Positions 1 to 13,579 are shown, numbered from the stretch's first letter. The stretch: DNA of 64,000 bases from Anthoceros angustus (GCA_010909165.1 MU008190.1:62001-126000), one strand, 5' to 3'. Notes: generated by a model not told the origin, from the sequence alone. A program made the numbers and translations.

Positions 1-2570
1 CTTTCATATCAAAAACCCTAGAGAAAAAACGTTGAACCCAAAGAAAAACTTCACGTCAAGAGAAATTAAAATAAGATCATCAACATATACACCAATATAG
101 ATATAAGAAGTCCCGTGTCACATGATATGAAACAGTATCAACACCGTTCTTGACAAAACCATTTGTAATATATTATATTGAACATAATGTGACTTTAAAT
201 TCCAAGCTCGTGAAGCTTGTTTTAAACCATGTATAGACCTTTTCAATTTGCAAACCAAATCGGGTCGAAGTAAATGTTTCATATCATCATTAAACGCTTG
301 GGGTTGTTCCATGTAAATTTCTTCATCCAGATCACCATTCAATGCATAACTTTCACATCCATCTGACATGTTCCAAGATTGAAGAAAGCATCCAAAGCAA
401 GTAGAATACGAACAGAAGGAAATTTCACAACGGATGAAAAAGTTTGCTTATAATCAACATCTTTAACATGTGAATACCAATTAGCAAACCAATTGGACTT
501 TATAACGCTCAAAGGACCAATCAGCATTATCAACAAAGTGAGTTCCACTCAATCTTGCAAAGCCTGCTCCCACAAAGACCACGGCGGTGAAGTCTGCATT
601 TGATTGAGGCTAAGGAACAGTAGCTGAAATAAGACCAACAAGAGCATGATCATTATGAACATCATTTTGAGCATCATTATGAGAATTAGGGTCCAAAATT
701 TCATTAAAAAAGTATTGATCATCATGATCCAAGAAGAAGAAGAAGAATTTTATTTAAGTCCACTAAGGACGGATTTCCGTCATGGGACTTGGTACTTAAC
801 AACTTGTACCATGGTGTGCCTAAGCTACTTGCACCAAGGGCATCCACTCCCTTTAGGCACCCCATCTAAGTACCGATCCAAGCTCATGATGCTTAATCAC
901 GGCGTAACAAAGATAACAAAGAAAGAAATGATCACGTGGCTGAGAAGAACAAACCGAGTCCTTCCAAGATAATTCAAAAAAATAACATCTCGACTTGAAA
1001 TAATTTATCGAGTATTTGGATCAAACAAACGATAACTCATGCGATTCTCATAATATCCGACAAAATTGCACTTAATGCTCCACTTTTCTTTTCTTCTGGA
1101 ATATGAGCAAACGCTACACATCCAAAAACACATAAATATGAAGAAGAAATAACCACCCCAGTCCACATTGCCTCTGGAGTTTGACCCATAAGAACATCAG
1201 AAACAACCATGTTCATAATGTAAACAGCTATTTGAACTGCTTGAACCCAAAAATCGGAGCCAAACTCTTATGAAATAACATACAACCAGCAGCACCAATA
1301 AGAATTTTATTTTTTATTTTTGCACGACCATTTTATTGTGGTGAGTAAGGAATAGTGGTCCGATGTTGAATACCAAAAGGAGATAAATAATTTCAAAATT
1401 CTGTTGAAGTATATTCACCACCATTAACATACATACAACCAGAACCACCAATTGATGTAGGTACATGAAAACCATAATATCAAGCCATTTGAAGAACCTT
1501 CCGTGGATGCACATGTATCAAATGCAGCGCAATAATTGCTACAAAGGAAACCCTAAATGATAACCAGCTTCATGTTCTCGAACTTCTGTGCAACTCAACT
1601 TATAAAGTCGTCCAAAACGTTGTTTGGAAACAACAATGTCTTGAGTAGAAACCAAAACATGATGCAAATACGTAATAGAACCATCAAACTGCACAACACC
1701 AATAGGTCCAACCTTCTCAATAAGGAAGGAGTAATCATCCTAAAGACATACTGCTGCCTATCAGAACAAGGTTTGAAACTTGAAAACCAATTTCGTCTTC
1801 CAGTCATATGCTGAGATGCACCAGAATCAATATTTTAATTCACCATCTGCACCACCGGCAGCACTCAACAAGGCAAGTAAAGAAAGGTATATAGACGACG
1901 GAGATATTGGAGCACCAGTAGGCTCCGGCTCCATAGTAACCAAATTAATTTGTGACTAACCAGAAACTCGAGGAAACTGACAGAACCGAACCATATGTCC
2001 AGGTTGATTGATAATTAAAAAAAAAAAGAGGAGGACGAGACACTCCACCCAAAGTCCAAATCCCAGTAGAAGCCATAGATGATTATGAAAAAAAATGAGG
2101 TGGGTGTGAAAAATTCTCATTTCCTAATAAGCTGCACCAAACAACATGGTGACGTTTGTTTTGAAAACCTATTAAATTATCATCTCCATCAACAGTCTTC
2201 ACTCTCAGCTGCCTTAACTCCTCAATAAGCAACTTTTCTTGCGATGCTTAATTGTCAAAGAGAGATTTCCATATCAAATAACAGGTTGAAAGCATCATAA
2301 GACGATGAAAATATCAACAGCAACAGGTACACCAGTAGTTTGAAGATCAATAACCATACGTTAAAACTCATCAATAAAGTCTTTCACCGTTTGTGAAGGA
2401 TCCATTTTCAAATTAGCCAACCGAACAAGTTGAGTTTGACGATATTCCAAACCCTGTTGCTACATCATAAGGCCTTTGCAGTAATTTGCGGGTTAGTTTC
2501 GTTCAAGAGCAACTTCACTTCGAGCGAATGCGAACTCTCAACAATCGTCAGACTCTAAAGTGTATGACTT
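1..2570 (-). mobile_element. Degenerate Ty1/Copia LTR retrotransposon internal region (gag, protease, integrase and RT fragments)
   Basis: RT fragment EIYMEQP...LVCKLKRSIHGLKQASRAWN (118-369). Protease motif IDSGASQHMTG near 1800-1835. Integrase-like remnants at about 1000-1560 and gag-like remnants at about 2200-2500. Many stops and frameshifts. Confidence 0.9.
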
Positions 2571-2582
2571 AGCAGCGGCCGG

Positions 2583-2751
2583 GACGCCAAATTAATCTAA
2601 ATCACTTTTCGGTAGCACTGGTTGCGACTTCCTGCCCTCGGCTACATGCGGTGAGGATGGCAGGCTGATGTCCGATCATCTTCAAGTCACATCTTCATCC
2701 AGGGCAGCGTTGTCACCAGCACCTGCCTCGTTGCTCAAAGAGTCCTCGTCA
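2583..2751 (-). pseudogene. Diverged fragment of the last exon of the BSD-domain gene
   Basis: Aligns by eye to about 8323-8495, e.g. cacatcttcatccagggcagcgttgtcaccagcacctgcctcgttgctcaaag versus cacatcttcatccagggcggcattgccaccagcacctgcctcgttgctcaaag. Roughly 80% identity with small indels. Confidence 0.8.
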
Positions 2752-3086
2752 GGATGTGGAAGAAGCGATGACCGGCAATATTCTCTGATCTGTTGATTCA
2801 TTCTTGATCTTTCTTGACCCCCGGATTCATCCTTTCCTCATAAGGCCAGGTTTGAAGGGACATGCCTACGAAGGCAATGCTGCACTTGGTGCTGTAGAGG
2901 GAAAATTAAAATTCTTCTGCATTTCGAGCTCTGTGCTGATGTTTGGCATCCTTTAGTTTAGCTCCTTTGTCGTGTTTGTGGTGGAGTGGTGCAATCAGAT
3001 GTTTCTTTATATGTGTCATGTTGCAACCATGATTCAATTTTGTTGTGTGATACCAAGCTACACTGTAGACCCTAGGAGTGGCAAAA

Positions 3087-5721
3087 TCACATACTAATAC
3101 TACAATGACTATCAACCATGGTCGTGGCCAGTTGTAAGCTTTGGCGGAGGACATTGATGCTGTGACTGAGTTGCTTTCGTTTGTCTGCCAAAGTAGCATC
3201 TTCCACCATCATGACTTCCATGCTCACGTTTGGTGAAGAAATGTGGGCCAACTTGTCCTGAACACCTCGCACCATGGCTTGCTGCAGAGAATACTTGATC
3301 TCGTGAGGGAGGGCATCGCCAATCCTCCTTTTGACCACGGTCCAGTAAGCTGCCAGAGATATCTTGATGTCCAGGGCTGTCTGCAAAGCCGCAATTGCGA
3401 TATTAGATATGATCCGCAGTCACCTACCGATGTTAGAGGTCTATCTAGCCAGATAGCATAACGTCAACACATCTCGAGTACCTGATACTCTGGCTCTGTC
3501 GTTGGATAGCTTGCTTCCGTTGGATCGACTTGCACAAGGGCTTCGTCATTCAGTGAGCTGGTGCTACACTGACCCTCGCCAGACTTAGAAACAACCGCAT
3601 TGAGAAAACCTACCGGTTTCTGGGCTCCTCGAGCCGCTGTTCTGTTGGATTCAAGCTTTGCTTGTGCTGCTCGAACAATTTCCATATAGAGCTTGTTGCG
3701 GGTGTAGGTGACTTCTTTCTCTTTGGAGAGCATATTTCGCATGAATTTCTCGCACCTTTCGCGGCAATTCTGAATGACGTTACGGGCCACCGGTAGGCTC
3801 GTTTGTCGCAAAAGAGGATATCCCTCTGTGCAGTCCTCAATCACCTGAGCAAGCAGAAGCCAGTGAAATAAATGCAAGTCCCTAAACCCAACTGATGACC
3901 TATCCATAACTTTCAGGGCTTTGAAACTAGAAGACAAATCATAAGAACAATTTACCAGCGTCTGCACAGTTTCAGCATAGTCGTGAACCTCCTTCACGAG
4001 TCCTTCACACTTTTTGGAGATCTTATCAAGCTCCTTGCGGAAAAGGGTTCTGAATAGGTGAGTTGGAAGAAAATTCGGCAGATTCACTCCTTTGCTTTCC
4101 GACATGAGGCCTACGATCTCTTTTGTGTAAGCCTTCTCCATCAGCTTCGACCCGGACGTTTCCAAGAAGCGAGAGAATTCTGGCAAATTACGACAGGGTC
4201 ACACATATCACATGAATGGACCGATCTCTGACGTAAATAAACTGGGCAGCACCAACCTGCAAACAACTCATCAAGCCTTGCAGTGTAATGCAACTCGTGT
4301 TCAGGATGCTTTTCGAATTCGCCACGGACAACAAGCTCCTTCACAATGTCGGTCCTGGCCATCATGAACGCCATGAAAGCCTGGCCGGCATGCTCCACCT
4401 TTGGAGGCAATGCTTCTAGCTCTTTTTCTTTCGATTTCAGTTCTGCTACATGCAAGTTGAACACGAGATCAAGGTGTGTGAAAAGGATGACCATGTTTGC
4501 AACAAGAAGACTTTGGACTGCAGTAAAACCACCACGGAATTTACTTTTCCCGATCTGCTCGATGATATTTGGTAGGCATTTTGCGATGCTGTTGGCCTGG
4601 ATCTTGGTCAGACGGTCCGAAAGGGCAGGAACTCCCACGATAGATTTGTCCAGCTTGGACAAGAGCTCATGAGACTCGAAGAGCCTTTTCTCAGCCTGTC
4701 TGGCTTCTTCGTGGGTCTCAGCATCTGCAACCCTGTTGCGCACACAAATGTAACCAAGGCCGATTTTGACTGCGTTGGTCGTGACCTTCTCCAAGAGACC
4801 CTCGGGAGTCTGGTCGACCTGGCCACATGCATCCAGATTCTGTGAAGCTGAGACTCACTGGTCCGACACAAGTCAGATGTCCAAAACAGTTACTGAAAGC
4901 AAGAAGCAGCGGATGCATTGATCACCTTCGTCACCACAGCCAGTGTCCTTTGGCCAGCTTTATCTGCCCGCTGGGACATTCTGATGGACTCGCAAGTCGG
5001 GAAGTCGACGTTTGCTGAAAGCACATTCAGAATGATAGTATCATCGGGAGTGATATATTTTCGGATTATGGTGGCGATCTGCTGGTAGATGTCCTCCGGC
5101 TGTCCGAAGACAGGGACTCGTGTTATGCCCGGCAGGTCCACCATGGTCAAATCTGGGGCGTTCGCTTTCCGGATGTGTAGAGAGATTGGCGTGGAGGAAA
5201 TCCCTTTGCCGGTTCCAGCCACCTTATTTTGCGCGTCAACAACAGCCATCTCGATCTCCTTTTCTGAAATGCTCTTCGTCCGGCCTCCGTATTCTATTGT
5301 GATGCTCTCCTCTACGCTGCAAGCCGAAGACGCCAAGCCAGCCGAAGTCAGATGCCAGGTGATTCAGAAGCTAAGTTCCCTTCCTCAGCGAATCGAAGCT
5401 AACTTCCTAAACCTACCTTGCTTGGAGTCTGAGAACCAGCGGGGCCCTGGTAGCAATGCCCTGTCCCCGGGGCAAGTGGATGCCAGCCAAGGACTCCAGC
5501 ACGCTAGATTTTCCGCTGGACTGATCGCCAACAACAACAATGGTTGGCAGGCTGATTCCTTCCTCCATCACTCCCAAAGTGCGAATCTTGTCGACAGTGT
5601 CCAGGATGGGCCGGATTTTTTCCTTGAACTTGGACTCCAGAGCGGTTCCATGCTGTCCCGAGCCGCACTCAGGGGCATCCGCAGCTGCAGCTGCAGCCTT
5701 CTTAGTATCGACGACTCCCAT
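3087..5721 (-). CDS. Dynamin-related GTPase, DRP4/Mx-like subfamily (multi-exon; exact stop uncertain)
   Basis: G1 [10 protein letters not shown]2 ATR, G3 DLPG and G4 TKVD (across a GT-AG intron at about 4926-4816). Middle domain [10 protein letters not shown] and a GED-like C-terminus ([14 protein letters not shown]...[11 protein letters not shown]). Canonical splice sites seen for the first introns. Confidence 0.92.
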
Positions 5722-6082
5722 TGTTGACTGCCAGTTGCAAGAAAGTGTGAAGGGCCAGGTTAGCAGGCCTCGTTATCGTTAAGGAAGAAGTAGTAAGTCC
5801 GCCGAATTAACTGCCGCTGCCGATTCCGTATCTCATCATTGCCGGTAGGCTGTTACTGCCAGGCTCCAGCTACTCCCGGCCGCCGAGGCACAACATTATT
5901 GGAGTAGTTAGCGGCTGAGAGGATATCTGATATACGGTGGGTCACAAAATATATACCATGTTAACAACTTTCGCGTTCACTCACCTGCAAGTAGCAGCTT
6001 TCCCATCGATACCCGATGGCCATTCAAGTTTGCGGGTACGGCCTATAAAGCTACGTCATCACGACGGAGGACAACTTCCTCC

Positions 6083-6270
6083 GGTGGTGGGATGGGACAT
6101 CTTCCTCCGGTGGTGGGATGGGACATCTATCCTTCGGTAACCTGTGCGGCTAATCGTACGTTGTTCCTAATCATGCATGCAATCCCTTTCCTCTGCATGC
6201 TCATGCATGCAATCCCTTTTCCTGCATGCTCATCTCGATCCGTGTTTCCTATATGCTCATCTCGAGAGCA
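6083..6270. repeat. Short tandem duplications in a possibly LTR-derived segment upstream of the dynamin gene
   Basis: cttcctccggtggtgggatgggacat occurs twice in tandem; catgcatgcaatccctt and atgctcatctcga units each occur twice. Confidence 0.6.
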
Positions 6271-6399
6271 CGATCGAAGTCCCTGCCCCATTGCTGCTAA
6301 TGCGATTGATTGACCTCTAAATCTTAAACCCTACATCGGTACAATCGAGCCGATACAACCAATCACATAAAGTACCAGTAGCAATAGCAATAGGATACG

Positions 6400-7260
6400 A
6401 ATAGAAGGTAATTTTACAAATTATGAAAAGTCTGCTGATAATCAACGTTCTCAACCTATGAATATTCTTTTACTGTTAAACGGTTAAACGAGCTTTATAA
6501 CACTCTACAAACTGATCAGCATTACTCTTAATTTTAAGCACCTACTTACAACTAATGGATTTATTACCTGGTGGAAGAGGCACGAGCTCCCACTACCATT
6601 TTGCAATAAGGAATTTCACTCATCTTGCAAAGCCTACTCCCACAAAGACCATTGCATTAGAACATTTGCCTCAACAATCAATTGGGGCTCAGCTAGTACC
6701 GTTGAAACAAGACCCATAATATCTTCCGTCTCATAGCATCCTAGCTATCGCCGTGTCAAAACACGTAAACGAGAAGAACATTCATTGCAAAATTTCATGA
6801 GACAAAGAATAAATATCATCCTCCATTTGAGAACCTCGTGAAGAAGCGCCAGAAACTGAAGGAATAATTTTATAAGTTATTGAACTTAAGAATCTGGTTG
6901 ATTACATCCGGATCCCACATCTTCCTGAGGAACAACATCCTCATGAACCACATGATGATCTTGACGGGTCCTTCATCATCTAAAGCTGGTTCATGATGAG
7001 CACCTTCATTTTCTTAACATGTTCATGCTCTTTTAGGGTTAGGGTCTAGGGTTAGGGCTTAGGGTTTAAGGTTTAGGAGTAGGGTTTAAGGTTTAGGGTT
7101 TTTTTTTTTTAAGGGTTACCATGGACATCGGCCGTTAACGAGCTATATTCAACTAAAGATGCATTCTTCTCAAAGTAGTCACTATCGTTGTTAATAACCT
7201 AGTCCGCATTGAAACCTCTCGGCTACGCCTTAACTGTAGTTCAGGTCCTGTCCAGGTTGC
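6400..7260 (-). mobile_element. Second degenerate Copia remnant
   Basis: The sequence near 6620-6650 (atcttgcaaagcctactcccacaaagacca) matches about 552-580 of the first Copia. An integrase-like GVAERF motif lies near 7205-7230 on the minus strand. Confidence 0.6.
7032..7100 (+). repeat. Interstitial telomere-like tract (about 10 mixed TTAGGG/TTTAGGG units) followed by poly-T
   Basis: tttagggttagggtctagggttagggcttagggtttaaggtttaggagtagggtttaaggtttaggg read directly from the sequence. Confidence 0.85.
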
Positions 7261-8215
7261 ATCTTTATATTGTTTGGCCTTATTCATTCATATTCCTTCT
7301 TCCTCTCTTTTATATGTTTATGGAAATAGCTCCCAACTACGAAGCGAAAAACAGGAACTATGTGGCACAAATGAAAACCGTGAGAAGAAATCTTCTTTTC
7401 ATTTTCTTTTAGTCTCTTTTCTTGGCCCTACAATATTCAAAGGACTCCAAACAAGACTTTTCGGTAGTTTTAGAGATATATTTTAAAATATTAATAAATA
7501 TTTATTGTACTAAAGAAAAACAGATGCATTTTCATGTGTTCTTGTAACCTTTCAATTTAGCTAGTCAAGAGAGTGTGAAATAAGTCTGTTAGACATGGTC
7601 TCTATGGAGTTTGTTTTTATGTGTTCCGGTAACCTTTCAATGTGGGTCCAAGTACGGAGTTTCTTTGCGGAAGTGTAATCGGTAGACAAAGACTGTGATT
7701 GCTTGCGTAAGTGATGATGTATTTTTCAAAAGAGAACCAAACAATCGAGTTTCAATATCGAAACCCACAGTGCAATGTCAAGGCTTTCAGTTATTTTATC
7801 AAGAAGACACACAAGCTCAAACTGAGGAGGACGTCGAATCCCACCTTTCATGAGAACCGAGATTCACACTGGCATTCCAATAGAGTGAGTACACTTATTC
7901 TGTGCATCTATTGCATAAGTTACCCTGCGAGTATTGCGAATTGCACCAACAGCTTCTTCACACTCCTGCCGCCTGAGAGCGTGACACCGCTTCCAGGCGC
8001 TGAGCAGCTTCTTCCAGAGCAGAGCCCCCACGGCTTTCGTTAGAACGAAAGCTTACCCGCCAATGTAGGATGACAGGCCTCCATTATGTACAACAGCATT
8101 TACAGGGTCCGCCATCCAGGTTAGCTAAGGCTAGCTCCAACTCCTTAGACCCAATAGAACAATTGAAACTACGTGAGGCAGCTTCACTCCTGTGAGGCTG
8201 ATGCCAATCGCGTTA

Positions 8216-10536
8216 TCAAGATGAATCTGCACTGGCGACATCTTCTTCATTAACCGTCAACCAATCGTCAGACTCGAGTCTGTCTACCTTATCAGAGGCA
8301 GCTTCATGATTGCCTTCTGTTGACACCAAATCTGAATAACTTTTCGGTACCACTGGTGACGGCTTTCTGCCCTCCGCTACCTGTGATGACGAGGGCAGAC
8401 TGGTGTCCTCATCTTCCAAATCACTGAAGGACACATCTTCATCCAGGGCGGCATTGCCACCAGCACCTGCCTCGTTGCTCAAAGGGTCCTCATCAAGCCA
8501 CTCCTCAGCATCCCCATTATCATCCTCAAGCTGCAACTTTGAGGACACTGCTTGCTTTTGCAAATCACCAGCAACTGGATCCAGAACTGCGTTACCAGTC
8601 TTCATGAATTCAAAAGCTTTTGACTCCTCCGAGAACCTGTCTGGTCCCGAAACTGCATCTGGTGACGGTTCTGCCAATGGCGTCAATGGTTTGGGCTCTG
8701 GTACAGCATCACCTTGGTCTTGGATACTCTTTGAGTTGTCCTCCAACCAGCCATGGACTCCTCCCGTTTCCACATGCTCATGAAATAATTCTGACTCCAG
8801 GTTCCGGCCTTCTCGTTTCAGCAATTCATTGAGGAGATATCTGCGAGCCTCAACAATCTGCAGCAGAATTCCAATAATGCCCCAAAGCAGGATGAACATT
8901 GTGGACACGAAAAGCTTTGGAAACCAATAGATGGCTAAACCACAAGCAAGACGAACACTTATATAGGTTGAAACATCTATGCAGGCTACAAGGAGCATCC
9001 AAACTAGGATGATATTCTGACAAGGCATCATAAAAGCCCGGATAGACATGTATGCAAGAAACAATGCACATCACATAAACCTTGATCCACAGAGCGTCAT
9101 GCAACATAAGTGCAACAAACCTGAGGGGTGCATAGAAGCTCGGAATCTTCCTTGTTAAGACGAGATTGCAGAAGAACAAAGTATATCTTCCAAAAGCGCC
9201 CTTCACTCATGTACTCTGGACACATCTCAATCCTCAGAGCAGCAAGACTTGGAGCTTGAAGCTCCAAAGCATTTACATGCTCATGCTGTGCCACACTCAG
9301 CTGGAAGTCTGGACATCAATTGCAACATGGACAACGGGCTCACCACATATTTGAAGTGAAGGACGAGCTCAACCAGCAACTATCCTGTGACATGAGAAGC
9401 TTGTAATCACATGTAAAGATCCACACTTCTAGACAAATCAGCAAGCCACACAGTGTCAATGGCGGGTACTTACCATCTTCCTCCTCATCACCAGCCAAGG
9501 GAAAGTCCAGCCAGGTCTCCGGATGCATGGCAATGTTGCTCGCAAATGCAATAACCTCATTGGTTACACCAATGGCCAACAATCTTTCCTCGGAACCATC
9601 TGAGGCCTTTGAGTAAGAATCTAATGAAAACGGCAAGAAGCTCGAAGCCAGCTTTGAAAATTCACTAATTCCAGTCGCAAGTGCTGTTGGAAAATCGTCT
9701 TGAGTGGATGCCTTGGAACCATCTTTAAAGCCCTCAGACGACTCAGCTTGCTCGTCCTCAGCACCCCAGGGTTCAAATTCAATGTCCTTTCCACCATCAC
9801 TCTCATTGACATCACGGGCTAGGAGATTGTCCAGAATTGGTTTCAAGAGTGAATTAAACCCAACATTTCGGCTAGAATGCTCAGAATCGCCAGACTGGGA
9901 ACGCGGAGAACTAGGTGATGACTTCGCATGAGCATCAAAATCGTCACCTGCAACAGCTCGGATAACAGATGACGAAAATCTAGACAGTCCCGTGGATAGC
10001 GAACCTGTCAATTCCGCAATATCACTTCTTATACCCAGCAGACCATGATCTGGTCCCCAAAGTTGTTCACCCAATCCACGACTTGGTGCCTGCGAATCCT
10101 CTGCTGGTGCCTTCCCAGCTATCTTCGGCAAGCTCTTATCAGGGCTGGGATGGACAGTACCCAAAGCGTCCGGATCACCCTTAGTCACAAAGGTAGCTTT
10201 TTCCTCTGCATGCGGAGAGCTGATTACAGCTCCTCTGTCTTCATCCTCCTCCTTACCACGAACCAGAAGCTCAGCCGTCTCTCCCTCGGTCGATCCTTCC
10301 TCCAATGCCTCCTCGGGAGGCGGGGCCAAAAAGGAAGCAACTCCCCACAGCTGCCTGGTCAAGGTCTTCCTCAATTCCGACAGGTCCTCCCTGACACCCT
10401 TCCCAGTAGGGCTATTTCGAGGAGAGATGACATCCTCATCGTCCATCTCTGTTATCTCCTTATCCTCCTTGTCCTCCCTCGGTCGACCCTGCCCCGAGGG
10501 TAGAGAGGCAGAGAACGAACGTGAAAACCACGACAT
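8216..10536 (-). CDS. BSD domain-containing protein (multi-exon)
   Basis: Start MSWFSRSF; conserved GVREDLSELRKTLTRQLWGVASFLAPPP. BSD region IAMHPETWLDFPL...AQHEHVNALELQAPSLAALRIEMCPEYMSEGRFWKIYFVLL. Acidic C-terminus with WLDED and DVSFSDLEDED. Confidence 0.9.
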
Positions 10537-11756
10537 TGGACACCACTTGCTGCAACCCGAGAATTCCCTTCCCACTGAAATGAGACCCTGAAACCCTCCT
10601 ACTCCGAGTGTCACACTTCCCTCCTGATCACCACTTCCACTTCACCTTGACGACGACAGCAGAAGCCTACCCGCAGACCTGCTCTTCGATGCCTATCCCA
10701 TAGCGCATCACAACGACCTCCAAGACACAAGACAGGGAAGCATGCCACTTACGACGAGAGTGAGATACGATTTCATGCTCCCCGTACTCAAATCACGATT
10801 GGCTGGCAACAACAGCGCAGCCAGGGGAGGGATTGATCAAGCAAGTAGGTATCACCACAAATTGAAAAGAATCACAACACCCAACACACAGAACACGTCC
10901 TCCTGAATCCAAGCAATCACGGGAGCATCAATCACGCCTCACACCACTCCCTGTGGGGGCCTGCTCCACAACAAGTCAATTCTCGAATCCACACCGCGCA
11001 TCGGCGCAGGGCAAGGTGCCAAACCCAAATTCAGCCTAAGACCCCATCCACGGAGCCACCAGGTGCCGCCATTGTCCAGGAGGCTCGTCAACGCAAAACG
11101 CATCCAGGCGCAGAGAGTTTGCGCGTGCAGGTCACAGGCTGGAACAGACGATTGCAGCCAAATTGCAGCAGCAGAAAATGCAGCAGAGGGTTTGGATGGC
11201 GCGACAGTGGAAGACAGGGAAAGGACGCGACTGAGGTCCCTCCACCACTGCCATTCCGTCACCACCCCATTCATGCATGCCGTTCCTTCTACTTCTCTTT
11301 CCCTAATTCAGATCATTGTCCATGGATCATCAAATTATAATCACTTCACTCGCATTGTTTCGAAACCATGCAATACCGTATCTGCCACACCAATGTCGCT
11401 GCTCCCTCTACATATCAAGATTCAATTTAACTTTGGTGGTCCCACGCAATAACTCACATTGCCTAGGTACACGGGAATGGTATGAGATATAACTCCCCAC
11501 TCCATATTACTTTGTTATAAAATTAATGTTCATATAAGATTTATAAGACTCTAAGGTAAAGAAGAGTAAGTACTATCTTAAAATCTTACCAGTATAGACA
11601 AACTTTACAGCGAAGAAGATCTCCAAGAATAGAATCTACAAGTATTTTATATAAATATTAACTAATAAAATATTTTAGATGAGAAAAAATGATATATAAT
11701 TATAATATTGAAATATTTGAATCATTCTTAAAGACAGTCTTGTTTTTCTCATTGTT

Positions 11757-11978
11757 TGTTTTATCTCTCTCTCTTTTGCAACTAAAGATTGATATGTATC
11801 GCCATTGGCCAAACCATCAAGTACTCTTTCTGTTTTATCGCTCTCTCTTGTGCAACTAAAGATTGATATGTATCACCATTGGCCAAACCATCAAGTACTC
11901 TTTCTGTTTTATCGCTCTCTCTTGTGCAACTAAAGATTGATATGTATCACCATTGGCCAAACCATCAAGTACTCTTTT
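11757..11978. repeat. 74-bp tandem repeat, three copies
   Basis: gcaactaaagattgatatgtatc starts at 11778, 11852 and 11926 (period 74); the copies are near-identical. Confidence 0.95.
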
Positions 11979-12059
11979 GCATCCAGTTTTTTAAGGGTTC
12001 CTCTTATGCCCTCCTTCACAAGCTTGCGATACTTGGGCAAGCTTGTGAAGCAGCTGCAT

Positions 12060-13330
12060 GAAATTCATCAAAGACTCCCGATGATAAGCAAACTAATTTA
12101 GCAACTTATCTCTATCATGCACCAAAACTAGAACACAAATGCTCTAGCCAACCAAACGAACATCAATGGAGAATCGTACACAAATGCTCTAGCCAACCAA
12201 ACGAACATCAATGGAGAATCGTACAGCTTGAACTAAACACGAAGAGTTAGAAATGCAATTAGTCACATGATTATAGACTGGGACGAAGACACAAGATCGA
12301 CATGTGGTATATGGAATATGCTTCTCTATGATAACAACAGAGCGACCACAATACAACACCGACTATTAAGAGGTACTATAACATAATGGAGCTTTGATAG
12401 CCCCTTGGCATTGCGGCGACAACAATCGTAAATTCTTGTCGGTCAAAGACGGCTATGTATACAGGAAAGGCTTCTTCGCCGATGGTTAGTCAATGATGTT
12501 GTCGGGAAGCCTAAGAAAGATGCACGTATGGAAGCACATATGACATCTAAAGATTCTCGGGTTGGTCTCTAGCAATAGCAGCATAAGAGTAGCAGCATTA
12601 TCCTTACAATCTGTCTTACTTCTTCTAAAGAGACATCTTCCTTGAGGTTGTGATTAGGGTGCTACTGCGAACGCCAGCAACATTTCCACCCTCCATAGGC
12701 AGCGTAGGACACCAAGTTAGTCTATGTTGGTGAAGTGGAGTAAAGGTAAAAGGGATTGGGAGAGTGTCAATACCTCTTCTAAATGGGTCTTCTTTATGTC
12801 TTAAGGATAAGCATTTTGTCTCTAACATGAGTAAGAATCTGCTGTCCATATTATCATTATCTAAGACACGTTGCAGAGAAAGGATCAGTTAAGGTTGAGT
12901 ATGTGCATATTGAGGACAACACCGCTAATCTCTTTACTAAGGGTCTACCCAAGTGGAAACACTACAAGCATTTAGACTCACTTGGGCTCAGACAATTTGT
13001 GCTGCCAGCACCTACTAGCTCTTAGAGGAGCGTTAATAGCTTGCCTGCCTGTGTTTTCTGCACGCATGGCAGTTTGAGTGGAAGCCTACTTCTGCATACA
13101 TCCTTCCTTTGACGAGCCATGCTCTCCCTAATCACGCAGTTTACACACACAGGAAACTAAGTGGATTTTGTTTTTCTTGAGGGTTAGGGTTTTATGTTTT
13201 GTACCCAGCACACATACCAAAGGTTCAGGACATGTCCGTGGCTGCCGCTCCGCCTCCTTATTGTCCTGCTCATCCCTTTCAAACTGCAGAGCTTTCTAGC
13301 CTCCATAGGCACACTTGGCTCGTGGCAGCT
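12060..13330 (+). mobile_element. Degenerate Copia 3' end (RNase H C-terminus, purine tract, probable LTR)
   Basis: About 12850-13000 translates to YHYLRHVAEKGSVKVEYVHIEDNTANLFTKGL, a typical Copia RNase H end. The purine tract gaggag at about 13025 precedes non-coding LTR-like sequence. Confidence 0.75.
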
Positions 13331-13579
13331 TCACGCGTGAAGCTCCCGCTCTATTCTTCCCTGTGTCTTCTCTATTGGTGACGCGAATAGTGAGCGACGC
13401 CTGTCTTGTCGCATTCGAGCATTGTAGTCGGCCTTCCGATCATCGCAAATTCTATGCCATTCACGGAAGGCAACCCACTAACCTTAAGAGAAAAAGCTGT
13501 TGTATCATAAACGAGAAGGATTCTTTTCACAATTGTGATGAGATTGGTACATTGGGGAAAGCCCTCGTGGCTAGATCGT

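Noticed and set aside
5089-5727. Long ORFs antisense to real genes (e.g. 5089-5727, 8403-8783, 10045-10503, 20119-20523, 33714-34295)
   Set aside because: They lie opposite well-supported CDSs in GC-rich sequence and have no recognisable motifs.
7100-7260. Poly-A-tailed SINE inserted at telomeric repeats
   Set aside because: The segment translates to a Copia integrase-like GVAERF motif, and no tRNA-like A/B boxes or TSD were seen.
10939-11452. ORFs upstream of the BSD gene
   Set aside because: Overlapping short ORFs on both strands with no motif; more likely 5' UTR or promoter sequence.
11757-11978. 74-bp repeats (and the 40-bp repeats at 28768-28900) as CRISPR arrays
   Set aside because: They are head-to-tail repeats without unique spacers, with no cas genes, in a eukaryotic context.
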